Positions 26,947 to 34,941 of a stretch of DNA of 41,412 nucleotides are shown here, one piece after another (position 1 is the first letter of the stretch; each line of letters starts with the position of its first letter). Both the position numbers and the translations under genes were made by a program. Under the pieces are notes generated by a model that worked only from the letters and a program-made list of their open reading frames with translations, was not told the origin of the DNA and made no database searches. Location of the stretch: positions 1 to 41,412 of the IMG/VR virus record IMGVR_UViG_3300036982_000284; one strand, written 5' to 3'. The DNA comes from a virus (taxonomy: Duplodnaviria; Caudoviricetes).

Positions 26947-27857
26947 TCGAGGCTGCGAAGAATGGGTCACGAATTAACGCGGCTTTCGCGATGGCAGAAG
27001 CTCGTGTGCAACTGATCGAATCGCTGACCGATGAAAACATCAAGGCCCGACTGCTGCGGATGACTGACCCGAGAATCAACATGGTTGAACTCGCCAACAA
27101 TCCGACAGACGAAGACAGGATCAGGGTTTGTGCAATTGCCATCCTCAGCGGCTTCTGTCCCGGTGACGATCAGTTCGCCGTGTTTGGTGGCAAGGGCGGC
27201 GGAAAGCTCTACACGAAAGAAGCTGGATTCCGAACGCTGTTTGCTCATCTTGGGATCGTGCCAGAGGTTTCAGTCGGGCATCCTGAATTTGTTCCGCTTG
27301 GCAAGTCAGGAAAGAAGATTTGGCGAGTCGAAGGAAAGTCATCCTGCTCCTACGGTGGCAAGGAGTACGCGGTAGAGTTTGCCGGGGCAATGGCGTTGGG
27401 GCTTCCCGGCTATGAGTCGGACAATGTGGCTGGAATCACTGCCAAGGGCCGCAGGCAGCTTCTGAAGGCATTGTGGACGAAGGTGTCACCAATCCTGAAT
27501 GATGACCATGCGGACGAAGTGGAGATCATCCCGCAAACGCTACTGATCGAAGAGCCACGACATGCGGTTGAAGACAAGCCTGTCGTGGATCAAGCCCAAG
27601 GCCGCGAGCTTGACGCTCAAGTCTGGGAGCAGGCGAAGCTCGGCATTCAGCGACGGGTAAAGGATGAGAATCAGCTTGGCTCGATTATGGCCTATTGGGA
27701 TGAGATCGGCAACGCAACGAACAAGGATCAACTCAGGCTGCTTTACGACGACATCAACCGCACGCAGGTTAAGCCGCTCGGGAAAAATAATGTGGATGAG
27801 TTGCTGCGATGGTGCAAGTGGTGCGCGGAAGGAATTGTGGAAGGCGGTGCGGCGTGA
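26871..27857 (+). CDS. Hypothetical protein, possibly a single-strand annealing recombinase
   Basis: GAGG RBS; 328 aa in the recombination region; function inferred from position only. Confidence 0.45.
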   Translation: MGTITTTTNTVSDWLTRIDASRNELIEAAKNGSRINAAFAMAEARVQLIESLTDENIKARLLRMTDPRINMVELANNPTDEDRIRVCAIAILSGFCPGDDQFAVFGGKGGGKLYTKEAGFRTLFAHLGIVPEVSVGHPEFVPLGKSGKKIWRVEGKSSCSYGGKEYAVEFAGAMALGLPGYESDNVAGITAKGRRQLLKALWTKVSPILNDDHADEVEIIPQTLLIEEPRHAVEDKPVVDQAQGRELDAQVWEQAKLGIQRRVKDENQLGSIMAYWDEIGNATNKDQLRLLYDDINRTQVKPLGKNNVDELLRWCKWCAEGIVEGGAA

Positions 27858-28405
27858 TCGATCACGAATGGATGACTCCAGATGTCTATCAGTTGACGAT
27901 TTTTCCCGCAGACCAGATCGCTCGGCAACTCGGAAAGCTTTGTCGTTTTGCCGGGGCGACTCCAGATCACTGGAGCGTGGCAAGACACTCGCTGCTTGTG
28001 GCTGCGTTAGCTCCGGACGATCCGTGGCACAGAATGGCAGCGTTGTTGCATGATGCTCATGAATGCTGGACCGGGGACATCCTAAGGCCGGTGACGAGAC
28101 TCCTGAGCCCATTTGCTCGGGGGGAAGTCAGCGACATTCAGAGGGACATTGACCTGCATTTGTATTCTCTGATTGGATTCGAGCCGTCTATCGCGGTCTT
28201 GAATGCGGTCAACACGGCGGACGACACGGCGTGCAGACTGGAAATGCAACTGCTCGGCAAATCATCCAGCGAGATCACTGATGCCCTCCCGAATCTACAA
28301 GAGGCAGCGTGGCAATTGGCGTTTCATGGAAACGCACAGATCGACGCAATGCACTGGCTGGTGTCGTTTAAGGAAACGCTGAAAGATTTGGAGGCCATCC
28401 GATGA
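27854..28405 (+). CDS. HD-domain phosphohydrolase (YfbR/YfdR-like 5'-deoxynucleotidase)
   Basis: CRFAG..WSVARHSLLV...ALLHDAHECWTGDI.RP. Confidence 0.85.
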   Translation: MIDHEWMTPDVYQLTIFPADQIARQLGKLCRFAGATPDHWSVARHSLLVAALAPDDPWHRMAALLHDAHECWTGDILRPVTRLLSPFARGEVSDIQRDIDLHLYSLIGFEPSIAVLNAVNTADDTACRLEMQLLGKSSSEITDALPNLQEAAWQLAFHGNAQIDAMHWLVSFKETLKDLEAIR

Positions 28406-28596
28406 AACGCAAAACACGCTTCCACGATGAGTGGTACGCGATTTACGGCTACGAAATGCCGCCGCATGTTGAGCGGCTGTCAATCGTCCAGATCCAAGAG
28501 GCGATTGATTTCGGGCGGAAGAAGCATCAGCCAGTCAGCGAAACAAGTGGCAGCGATGACGACCTGACCGAATGGGATGCACACAAGCAACACTGA
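28402..28596 (+). CDS. Small hypothetical protein
   Basis: GGAGG RBS; ATGA coupling. Confidence 0.6.
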   Translation: MKRKTRFHDEWYAIYGYEMPPHVERLSIVQIQEAIDFGRKKHQPVSETSGSDDDLTEWDAHKQH

Positions 28597-28608
28597 TATG
28601 AGGGGACC

Positions 28609-29907
28609 ATGCGAGCATACAACGAAGCGGTGAACGTCTATGACGCATCGCAGGAACGAATAAAATTTATTTTTGACAACTTTCCGCGAATCTATGTCTC
28701 TTTCTCAGGAGGAAAAGACAGTGGCGTGATGCTCAATTTAATGATTGATTACATGCGAGCGAACGGGATTACACGCAAAATCGGCGTGATGGTAATGGAT
28801 AACGAGTGCAACTTCAGTCACTCACTAAAGTTCATGCATAGCATTCTAAGCAAGAATCTTGATTTGCTTGATGTCTACTGGTGCTGCCTCCCCCTGACGC
28901 TGCCATGCACGGTAAGCTCGTACCAGATCAACTGGCAATGCTGGGGCAATCCAGACAAGCCGCGATGGGTGCGACCAATGCCAGACAAAGACTATGTTGT
29001 CAACATGGACAACGCGCCTTTCACGTTCGTGCGTCACAGCATGTTAGATAAAGAGTTTTACGACGCATTTGCGGAGTGGTACGCGCAGGGGCAGCGGTGC
29101 GCGTCTCTGATCGGCATTAGAACGGCAGAAAGCCTAAATCGATTTCGCGCAATCATGAACACTGAAAAGGAAACCTTGAACGGGGAGATCTGGACGAAGA
29201 AGAACGGAGAATTCGCATACAACTGTTATCCGATTTACGACTGGAGGACAGAAGATATTTGGACAGCAAATGCGAAGTTCGGGTGGGAGTACAACTCTCT
29301 TTACGACATTTTCTATATGGCTGGCGTCCCAGTTCACAAGATGCGAGTTGCCTCCCCGTTCATGAGCGAGTCAAAGTCAAGCCTTGCAATGTATCGCATT
29401 ATTGATCCGGATTGCTGGGCGAGGCTTTGCGCTCGGGTCCACGGTGCGAACTTCATCGCAACCTACGGAAAGCAGCTTGGATACAAAAGTATCAAGTTGC
29501 CACCGAATCACACTTGGAAATCATTTGTGAAGTTCCTTCTTGCGACACTTCCGAAAGAGACCGCAGATAATTTTAAGAATCGGTTCTGCCAGTCAATCAA
29601 GTTCTGGGGCAGGACCGGGAGAGGGCTTCGGCCCGACATTATTGCAGAGCTTGAACAGGCGGGAATTAAATTCCAAAGGAACGGGACAACTAATCATGGG
29701 GGCAATAATCTTGAGCGGGTAGTCATTAAACAAATGCCGGATCATATGGATATGCTGAGCTGCGGAAACGGGACAGTCGCGTCGTGGAAGCGTTTTGCTA
29801 TCACGATCTTGAAGAATGATCACACGTGCAAATATATGGGGCTGGCCCCAACAAAAGAGCAAGCGGAACGACAGAAACAAATTCAAGCAAAGTATAGGGG
29901 GGTTTGA
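28609..29907 (+). CDS. PAPS-reductase-like PP-loop protein with DUF3440 (IbrA/YbdN family)
   Basis: VSFSGGKDS PP-loop, GIRTAESLNR, YPIYDWRTEDIW, MRVASPF, SWKRFAITILKNDHTC. Confidence 0.9.
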   Translation: MRAYNEAVNVYDASQERIKFIFDNFPRIYVSFSGGKDSGVMLNLMIDYMRANGITRKIGVMVMDNECNFSHSLKFMHSILSKNLDLLDVYWCCLPLTLPCTVSSYQINWQCWGNPDKPRWVRPMPDKDYVVNMDNAPFTFVRHSMLDKEFYDAFAEWYAQGQRCASLIGIRTAESLNRFRAIMNTEKETLNGEIWTKKNGEFAYNCYPIYDWRTEDIWTANAKFGWEYNSLYDIFYMAGVPVHKMRVASPFMSESKSSLAMYRIIDPDCWARLCARVHGANFIATYGKQLGYKSIKLPPNHTWKSFVKFLLATLPKETADNFKNRFCQSIKFWGRTGRGLRPDIIAELEQAGIKFQRNGTTNHGGNNLERVVIKQMPDHMDMLSCGNGTVASWKRFAITILKNDHTCKYMGLAPTKEQAERQKQIQAKYRGV

Positions 29908-29908
29908 G

Positions 29909-30790
29909 ATGATAGACTTATATCCTACGCGAATTCAGAATGGGAAATACGAGTTCCTACAAAGGGTCGATCCGGTGGTGTATGGCACCCCCGGAGCCAT
30001 GACGAACTTTCAGAGGGAATCGTATTCAGCGTGCGGATACACGCTATTAAAGGGTGTCTTGAATCGATCTGAGGTGGATGACCTCGTCGACGCATCTGAT
30101 GGTCTGTTTTGGGACGCAGGTGAAGAGGCGCACGTTGTGAAAGAGCCAGGCAGCGACGTTGTGCGGTCGGTGTTTGGGATCCACGGGCAATCACCAATCA
30201 AGGAGCTTGCGAACCGCAGAAAGCTAAATGCCATCGCAAGAGAGATCTGCGGTGGCGACACGTATATCCATCAAAGCCGAATCAACTTTAAATCGCCAAT
30301 GCAGTCTACGGGCTGGACATGGCATTCTGATTTTGAAACGTGGCACGCAGAAGATGGTATGCCACGCATGCGATGCGTGTCGGCAATGATTTGCGTTGAC
30401 GACAACACGCATTTCAACGGGCCACTGATGGTAATCCCCGGCTCGCACAAATCCTTTCTGAGCTGCCCAGGGGAAACGCCGGATGCAAATCATATTCAGC
30501 ATTTGGCGGCGCAAGTGGTCGGAGTTCCAGACAAGGCAAGCATGCAAACCATGCTGGATAATGCTGGTGGCGTCATCGACATCATCACCGCAAAGGCTGG
30601 CGACGTCCTGCTGTTCGATTGCAACCTGATGCACGGCTCAGGATCTAACGTTTCTCCGTGGCCGAGGGCCAATCTGACGTTTGTTTTCAATGCTGTCCAG
30701 AATGCGATTGTGGAGCCGTTTTGTGGCAGGTCACATCGGCCTGCGCATGTTGCCTCAACTCCTTCGATGATGAAAGCAGGTGCAAAATGA
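29909..30790 (+). CDS. ectD: Ectoine hydroxylase-like Fe(II)/2OG dioxygenase
   Basis: EctD signature xWHSDFETWHAEDGMP; DLYPTR..RVDPVVY; YIHQSRINFK; DCNLMHGS..N..PWPR.N. Confidence 0.92.
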   Translation: MIDLYPTRIQNGKYEFLQRVDPVVYGTPGAMTNFQRESYSACGYTLLKGVLNRSEVDDLVDASDGLFWDAGEEAHVVKEPGSDVVRSVFGIHGQSPIKELANRRKLNAIAREICGGDTYIHQSRINFKSPMQSTGWTWHSDFETWHAEDGMPRMRCVSAMICVDDNTHFNGPLMVIPGSHKSFLSCPGETPDANHIQHLAAQVVGVPDKASMQTMLDNAGGVIDIITAKAGDVLLFDCNLMHGSGSNVSPWPRANLTFVFNAVQNAIVEPFCGRSHRPAHVASTPSMMKAGAK

Positions 30791-31182
30791 AAGTTATTCG
30801 ACATCAGGACATCAGAGGTACTGAGCGTGAAGTCAAATGCCCAAAGGGGGGATTCACGAGCTTCCGGTATTTGCTGGCACGCGATGGAATGGGGTTTAGT
30901 CTTCACGAGACACGAATTCCAAAGGGCGAGCGACAGTTTTGGCATTACAAAAATCACTTGGAAGCGTGCTATTGCGTGATCGGTGACGGGCTATTGTGGA
31001 ATGAGACGACGGGTGAATCTTTTGCAATCTATCCGGGCGTGTGTTACGTGCTGGACAAGAATGATGAGCATTCATTTCAGGCGGTGAGTGACGTAATGTT
31101 GATTTCTGTGTTCAATCCTCCAGTGACCGGCACTGAGGTACACAATGAAGACGGCAGTTATGAAATAGCAGGTGAAGCATGA
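30787..31182 (+). CDS. ectC: Ectoine synthase-like cupin
   Basis: LLARDGMGFS.H.T, HYKNHLEACYC, YVLDKNDEH, VFNPPVTG.EVH.EDGSY; ATGA-coupled at both ends. Confidence 0.92.
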   Translation: MKVIRHQDIRGTEREVKCPKGGFTSFRYLLARDGMGFSLHETRIPKGERQFWHYKNHLEACYCVIGDGLLWNETTGESFAIYPGVCYVLDKNDEHSFQAVSDVMLISVFNPPVTGTEVHNEDGSYEIAGEA

Positions 31183-31733
31183 TTGAATGGATATCGCCAG
31201 TGTACGCTGTCCGTGCCGTCCATATCAGCCAGGTTGAAGCGAACACGTACAATCCGAATTCAGTAGCGCCACCAGAAATGGCATTGCTCGAAACGTCCAT
31301 TTGGGAGGACGGTTACACGCAGCCAGTTGTAACGTTCTTTGATGAAGAGAAGCAGAAGTATATCGTTGTGGACGGGTTTCACCGTTACATGATTCTTCGC
31401 GACTCTAAGCGGGTTCGGGAACGCGAAAGAGAAATGCTGCCAGTGGTAGTGATCGATAAGGAAATGGGCGACCGAATGGCGTCCACAATTCGTCACAACC
31501 GGGCAAGAGGTTCGCACAATATTGAACTAATGAGTTCAATCGTTGCCGAGTTGGTAGAGATGGGCAAGGGCGATAGGTGGATTTGCAAGCACATCGGAAT
31601 GTCACCGGATGAATTACTTAGGCTGAAGCAGATCACTGGGGTTGCTGCGTTGTTTGCAAATCGAGAGTTCTCCCCGTCATGGGGCTATGGCGAAGAACTC
31701 GGAAAGTTTGAAGAAGATGACGATGAAACGTGA
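31179..31733 (+). CDS. ParB-like protein (IbrB/YbdM family)
   Basis: ANTYNPNSVAPPEM.LL..SI.EDGYTQPVV, VVDGFHRY, RMASTIRHNRARGSH. Confidence 0.92.
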   Translation: MIEWISPVYAVRAVHISQVEANTYNPNSVAPPEMALLETSIWEDGYTQPVVTFFDEEKQKYIVVDGFHRYMILRDSKRVREREREMLPVVVIDKEMGDRMASTIRHNRARGSHNIELMSSIVAELVEMGKGDRWICKHIGMSPDELLRLKQITGVAALFANREFSPSWGYGEELGKFEEDDDET

Positions 31734-32151
31734 GTTCCGCCACTGGGAGAAATGGGAGTGCTTTCGAGCCGGGTTTTACGCAGCAAGCGGCCCGGCGGGA
31801 AAGTCTCACGAAGATTGCGAGCGGGCATATGCAGATATCTTAGGAAACTCTGAATGGTTTCGCCGTGCTGCGTTTCGGGTCATGAATGAGTGGCCTAATT
31901 CCTGCGATCACTTTCTATCAAATGAGGGATTAAACCGCGTGGCATGGCTAGGGCAGTCGGCGGTCTGCATCGAGACGGGCGTTCCGTCGCGGTACAAGTA
32001 TTCATTTTTATTGATGGCACAAGAAAAACAGGATCAGGCGAACGATGTGGCGCGGAGAGCAATTCGTTGGTGGGAAGACAACCGGCGACAACGTCCGTCG
32101 CTATTTGCAGACTTGGGCGAAGCGGGATTATCCGAACGGAATACCGGATGA
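31723..32151 (+). CDS. Hypothetical protein coupled to the ParB-like gene
   Basis: MKREFRHWEKWECFRAGFY...WPNSCDHFLSN..LNRVAWLGQ. Confidence 0.75.
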   Translation: MKREFRHWEKWECFRAGFYAASGPAGKSHEDCERAYADILGNSEWFRRAAFRVMNEWPNSCDHFLSNEGLNRVAWLGQSAVCIETGVPSRYKYSFLLMAQEKQDQANDVARRAIRWWEDNRRQRPSLFADLGEAGLSERNTG

Positions 32152-32341
32152 AGTTCCGGAAGTGCTAGCAAAAGAAAACCTCGCGCCATCATGGAAAGCA
32201 ATAGCATGTGCAATTCTAAAGAATGATATGCTGCTGACATCATTAGGTTTTACAACCGGACGGGAAGCATTGTGCGGCAAACTAAAAAGCAACTTCGAGA
32301 AACAGCAAGCTACAGGAAAAGCTCAGCAGACCCTCTTTTGA
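32045..32341 (+). CDS. Stand-alone DUF3440 C-terminal-like protein
   Basis: YPNGIPDE...PSWKAIACAILKND resembles the C-terminus of 28609..29907. Confidence 0.7.
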   Translation: MWRGEQFVGGKTTGDNVRRYLQTWAKRDYPNGIPDEVPEVLAKENLAPSWKAIACAILKNDMLLTSLGFTTGREALCGKLKSNFEKQQATGKAQQTLF

Positions 32342-32499
32342 TGTGGAAAGGGCAGTATGTGGAAATCGTCGGCAACGAAGATGTGCAGACATCATTGGGA
32401 GGCGTGACGCTGTGCGCAAAGATTCGAATCATCGGAATGCCCATTGAGAAGGCGTTGCGGCTGGTTCCGATTGAAGAGCTAAGTAAGGAATCAGCATGA
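32341..32499 (+). CDS. Small hypothetical protein
   Basis: TGATG and ATGA coupling. Confidence 0.55.
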   Translation: MWKGQYVEIVGNEDVQTSLGGVTLCAKIRIIGMPIEKALRLVPIEELSKESA

Positions 32500-32792
32500 G
32501 CCACAACCAACGACTTTACTGGCTGAAGTTACTCGGATTTGTAGCACAGGATCGCGGCATCATTCACGGCACTCTGGGCACTTGCTCGCTTTTGACAGGA
32601 GAACGCCAGGGGGAGACAGAAGAATTCTGGCTGGCGGCTCGTGATGGATCGGCACTGGTTCACACGAGCAGCCTGCCAGTTATGACGTGGGCGGAATTAC
32701 AGGCGTGGATTGAACCGACCGCGCAGCCGGAGGTGGTGAAAAGAAATCTTTTGAGTGGGCAGAAATCTTTGTTTGGGGATGAGCGAAGATGA
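32496..32792 (+). CDS. Hypothetical protein
   Basis: Coupled at both ends. Confidence 0.65.
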   Translation: MSHNQRLYWLKLLGFVAQDRGIIHGTLGTCSLLTGERQGETEEFWLAARDGSALVHTSSLPVMTWAELQAWIEPTAQPEVVKRNLLSGQKSLFGDERR

Positions 32793-33208
32793 GTTGGATC
32801 AAGATCGAAAACGCACTCCCAGACAAACCGGAGGTGATGCGGCTATCCGCAATCCTCGGGGTCGATGAGGTCACTGTGATCGGGCACTTGGTCCTTTTCT
32901 GGGCGTGGGCTGACGGACAAGTGTCCGCAAATTGTCCGGTCATCACTGGGACAAAATCCGGACTAGATCGCCGTGCGGGTGTTTCTGGCTTCTGTGACGC
33001 GATGCTGGAGGTCGGCTGGCTGGAGCAGTCCGGCGACACGTTCAGCATCCCAAACTTTTGCTACCACATGGGTAAAAGTGCAAAAACACGGGCAGAAGAG
33101 CAAAAGCGTAAAGCGGTGTCCCGTAATAGACCGGACAAAACCCGGACAAATGTCCCACACTTCACCGGACAAAACCCGGACCAGATAAGAGAAGATAAGA
33201 GAAGATAA
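32789..33208 (+). CDS. Replication initiator N-terminal domain protein containing iterons
   Basis: MSWIKI...LPDKPEV..L..ILG....G.LV.FWAWAD....VGWL...IPNF; repeats at the 3' end. Confidence 0.75.
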   Translation: MSWIKIENALPDKPEVMRLSAILGVDEVTVIGHLVLFWAWADGQVSANCPVITGTKSGLDRRAGVSGFCDAMLEVGWLEQSGDTFSIPNFCYHMGKSAKTRAEEQKRKAVSRNRPDKTRTNVPHFTGQNPDQIREDKRR

Positions 33209-33242
33209 GAGTAAAGACATACTCTTGTGATTTTTTGAAAAG
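33130..33242. repeat. Probable replication origin (iterons + purine repeats + AT-rich tract)
   Basis: ACCGGACAAAACCCGGAC at 33130 and 33164; AGATAAGAG x3 at 33183, 33193, 33203; then TTTTTTGAAAA. Confidence 0.7.
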
Positions 33243-33249
33243 GGATTGA

Positions 33250-34206
33250 ATGAAAACGCAAATGATTAACTTCGAAGGAATGGCTCTTGAGACTCTTGCA
33301 GAGGCTGCGAACGACGCCGGCGAGCAGGTTGAGAAACACGCAAAGAGTGCCGTATCAATCGCGGTGATCGCCGGTAAGGCATTGATGGCTGCGAAGTCTC
33401 AAGTGCCGCATGGTGAGTGGCTCGGATGGCTCGGGAAGAATTGGAACTACAGCCCATCAACAGCACAGAACTACATGCTGATTGCAAATACCCAGCACGC
33501 TGGGAATTTGGCAGACGCGAAAAGTGTCCGCGAAGCGTTGCGAATAATTACAGATGCGAAGCAAGAGAAGGATTCTGAGATTGTCCCCCGCGCCGAACGC
33601 AAGACAGGCCGCGTGGAAGTCGAGAAGGTTGGACAGACTGTTGTCCAAGCTGACCATTCTGTTGATGTCAGCAAAATGGTGGACGAAAACGCAGTGAAGG
33701 CTGAGCCAAAGACAAACACGAAGCACTCGTCAGCGACGGCAAAAGCGAAGGAAGCTGATCGGCCGGCACCGGTAACAATCACGCCGGTGATCATTGATGA
33801 GCCGCTCACGGAGATCGAGGAAAAGACGCTGGCAGATTGGCCAGTCGTCGAGCTCTTGGCGTTTCTGAAGGCATCGGCAGACGACCCAAAGAAGCGAGCT
33901 CGTGAGCTTCGAAAGGCCGCCGACGAACTTGACCCGCCAACGAAATTCGTCAAGCCAACTGTCGAAGATGTCGCGGAGTACTGTCGGGAGCGAAAGAACA
34001 ACATTGACGCGGAAATGTTCGTTGCTCACTACGCGGCCAATGGCTGGAAGCTGGCAAACGGGAACAAGCTGAACGACTGGAAGTCTGCTGTCATTACTTG
34101 GGAGAAGCGAAATGATTCAGGGGGTCAACAGAGTGGTAGAGCAATTGCGGGAACGGGCCGAATCAAACCAGGTAAAATCGATGAGTCCCAAATTGAATGG
34201 CGGTGA
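33250..34206 (+). CDS. DUF3102-like domain fused to an initiator-type C-terminal domain
   Basis: GKALMAAK..VPHGEWLGWL..N...S..TAQNYM; FVKPTVEDVAEYC...F..HY..NGWK...DWKSAVITWE. Confidence 0.75.
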   Translation: MKTQMINFEGMALETLAEAANDAGEQVEKHAKSAVSIAVIAGKALMAAKSQVPHGEWLGWLGKNWNYSPSTAQNYMLIANTQHAGNLADAKSVREALRIITDAKQEKDSEIVPRAERKTGRVEVEKVGQTVVQADHSVDVSKMVDENAVKAEPKTNTKHSSATAKAKEADRPAPVTITPVIIDEPLTEIEEKTLADWPVVELLAFLKASADDPKKRARELRKAADELDPPTKFVKPTVEDVAEYCRERKNNIDAEMFVAHYAANGWKLANGNKLNDWKSAVITWEKRNDSGGQQSGRAIAGTGRIKPGKIDESQIEWR

Positions 34207-34756
34207 TGTGCGGAGGATTGGCTACAAGCGACTTGGGCCAGCGGGTTATGAACAATGCAACTGGGAGGGTATGAATAGCCCTGAGCGAGTAGCAGAAGCA
34301 ATCTCGGGGCAGACGCGAAGAGGAGTCACTAGCCCGCGATTTCCTGTATACGTGTATGGTCCTGCAGGCACTGGGAAAAGCGGGATCGCAGCCGTCCTTT
34401 ATCGGATTGCAACGTCAGCAATCTGGCGACGGGCTGACAGCCTACTTCTCGATTTGTCAATGGGCCGCAACGACGGCAAGTATGTGCAGGAGATGGCAAA
34501 AATTGAAAGCACGCATGTGCTCGTAATGGATGATCTCGGATTGCGAAAACCGAGCGAAGGAATGTTTCACATGCTGTTCGACATCCTTGAGAGACGCAAG
34601 GCAAAGATGACAGTGATCACGAGTAACCATTCGCCAGAGCAACTTCGAGACGTCTTTGAAGATGGGCGAATCTATAGTCGATTGATGGCCGGAACGCCTC
34701 TCGCGTGTGAAGGCAAAGACCGCAGGGTTGATGGGCACATTCGGTACAAAGTTTGA
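34112..34756 (+). CDS. DnaC/IstB-like helicase loader ATPase
   Basis: YGPAGTGKS Walker A, LVMDDLG Walker B, TVITSN, RIYSRL. Confidence 0.85.
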   Translation: MIQGVNRVVEQLRERAESNQVKSMSPKLNGGDVRRIGYKRLGPAGYEQCNWEGMNSPERVAEAISGQTRRGVTSPRFPVYVYGPAGTGKSGIAAVLYRIATSAIWRRADSLLLDLSMGRNDGKYVQEMAKIESTHVLVMDDLGLRKPSEGMFHMLFDILERRKAKMTVITSNHSPEQLRDVFEDGRIYSRLMAGTPLACEGKDRRVDGHIRYKV

Positions 34757-34941
34757 TCGCAGCAATGCGGTACTGTTGGAGGCGATGGTTAACCTGCGTG
34801 ACAACATGGATCGGCTGAACAAACGCGTTGAGAAGTTGGAGCAGGCTGCAATTCCATACCAGACGATCGGCGGCAGTTTGCGTTGGGGATCGGATAAACA
34901 ATCCGCTAGGCGCGCGAATCGTTGAAAACATTGGGAATATC

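Noticed and set aside
26871-27857. Integrase or lysogeny module
   Set aside because: No tyrosine or serine recombinase motifs here or elsewhere; lifestyle cannot be assigned
27854-28405. DatZ of a 2-aminoadenine (Z) genome pathway
   Set aside because: No PurZ, MazZ or DNA polymerase gene recognised
28609-29907. True CysH sulfate-assimilation auxiliary gene
   Set aside because: Length, DUF3440-type C-terminus and IbrB-like partner point to the IbrA/YbdN family
29909-31182. Complete ectoine biosynthesis pathway or host contamination
   Set aside because: ectA/ectB are absent, and the genes are tightly coupled to phage genes on both sides
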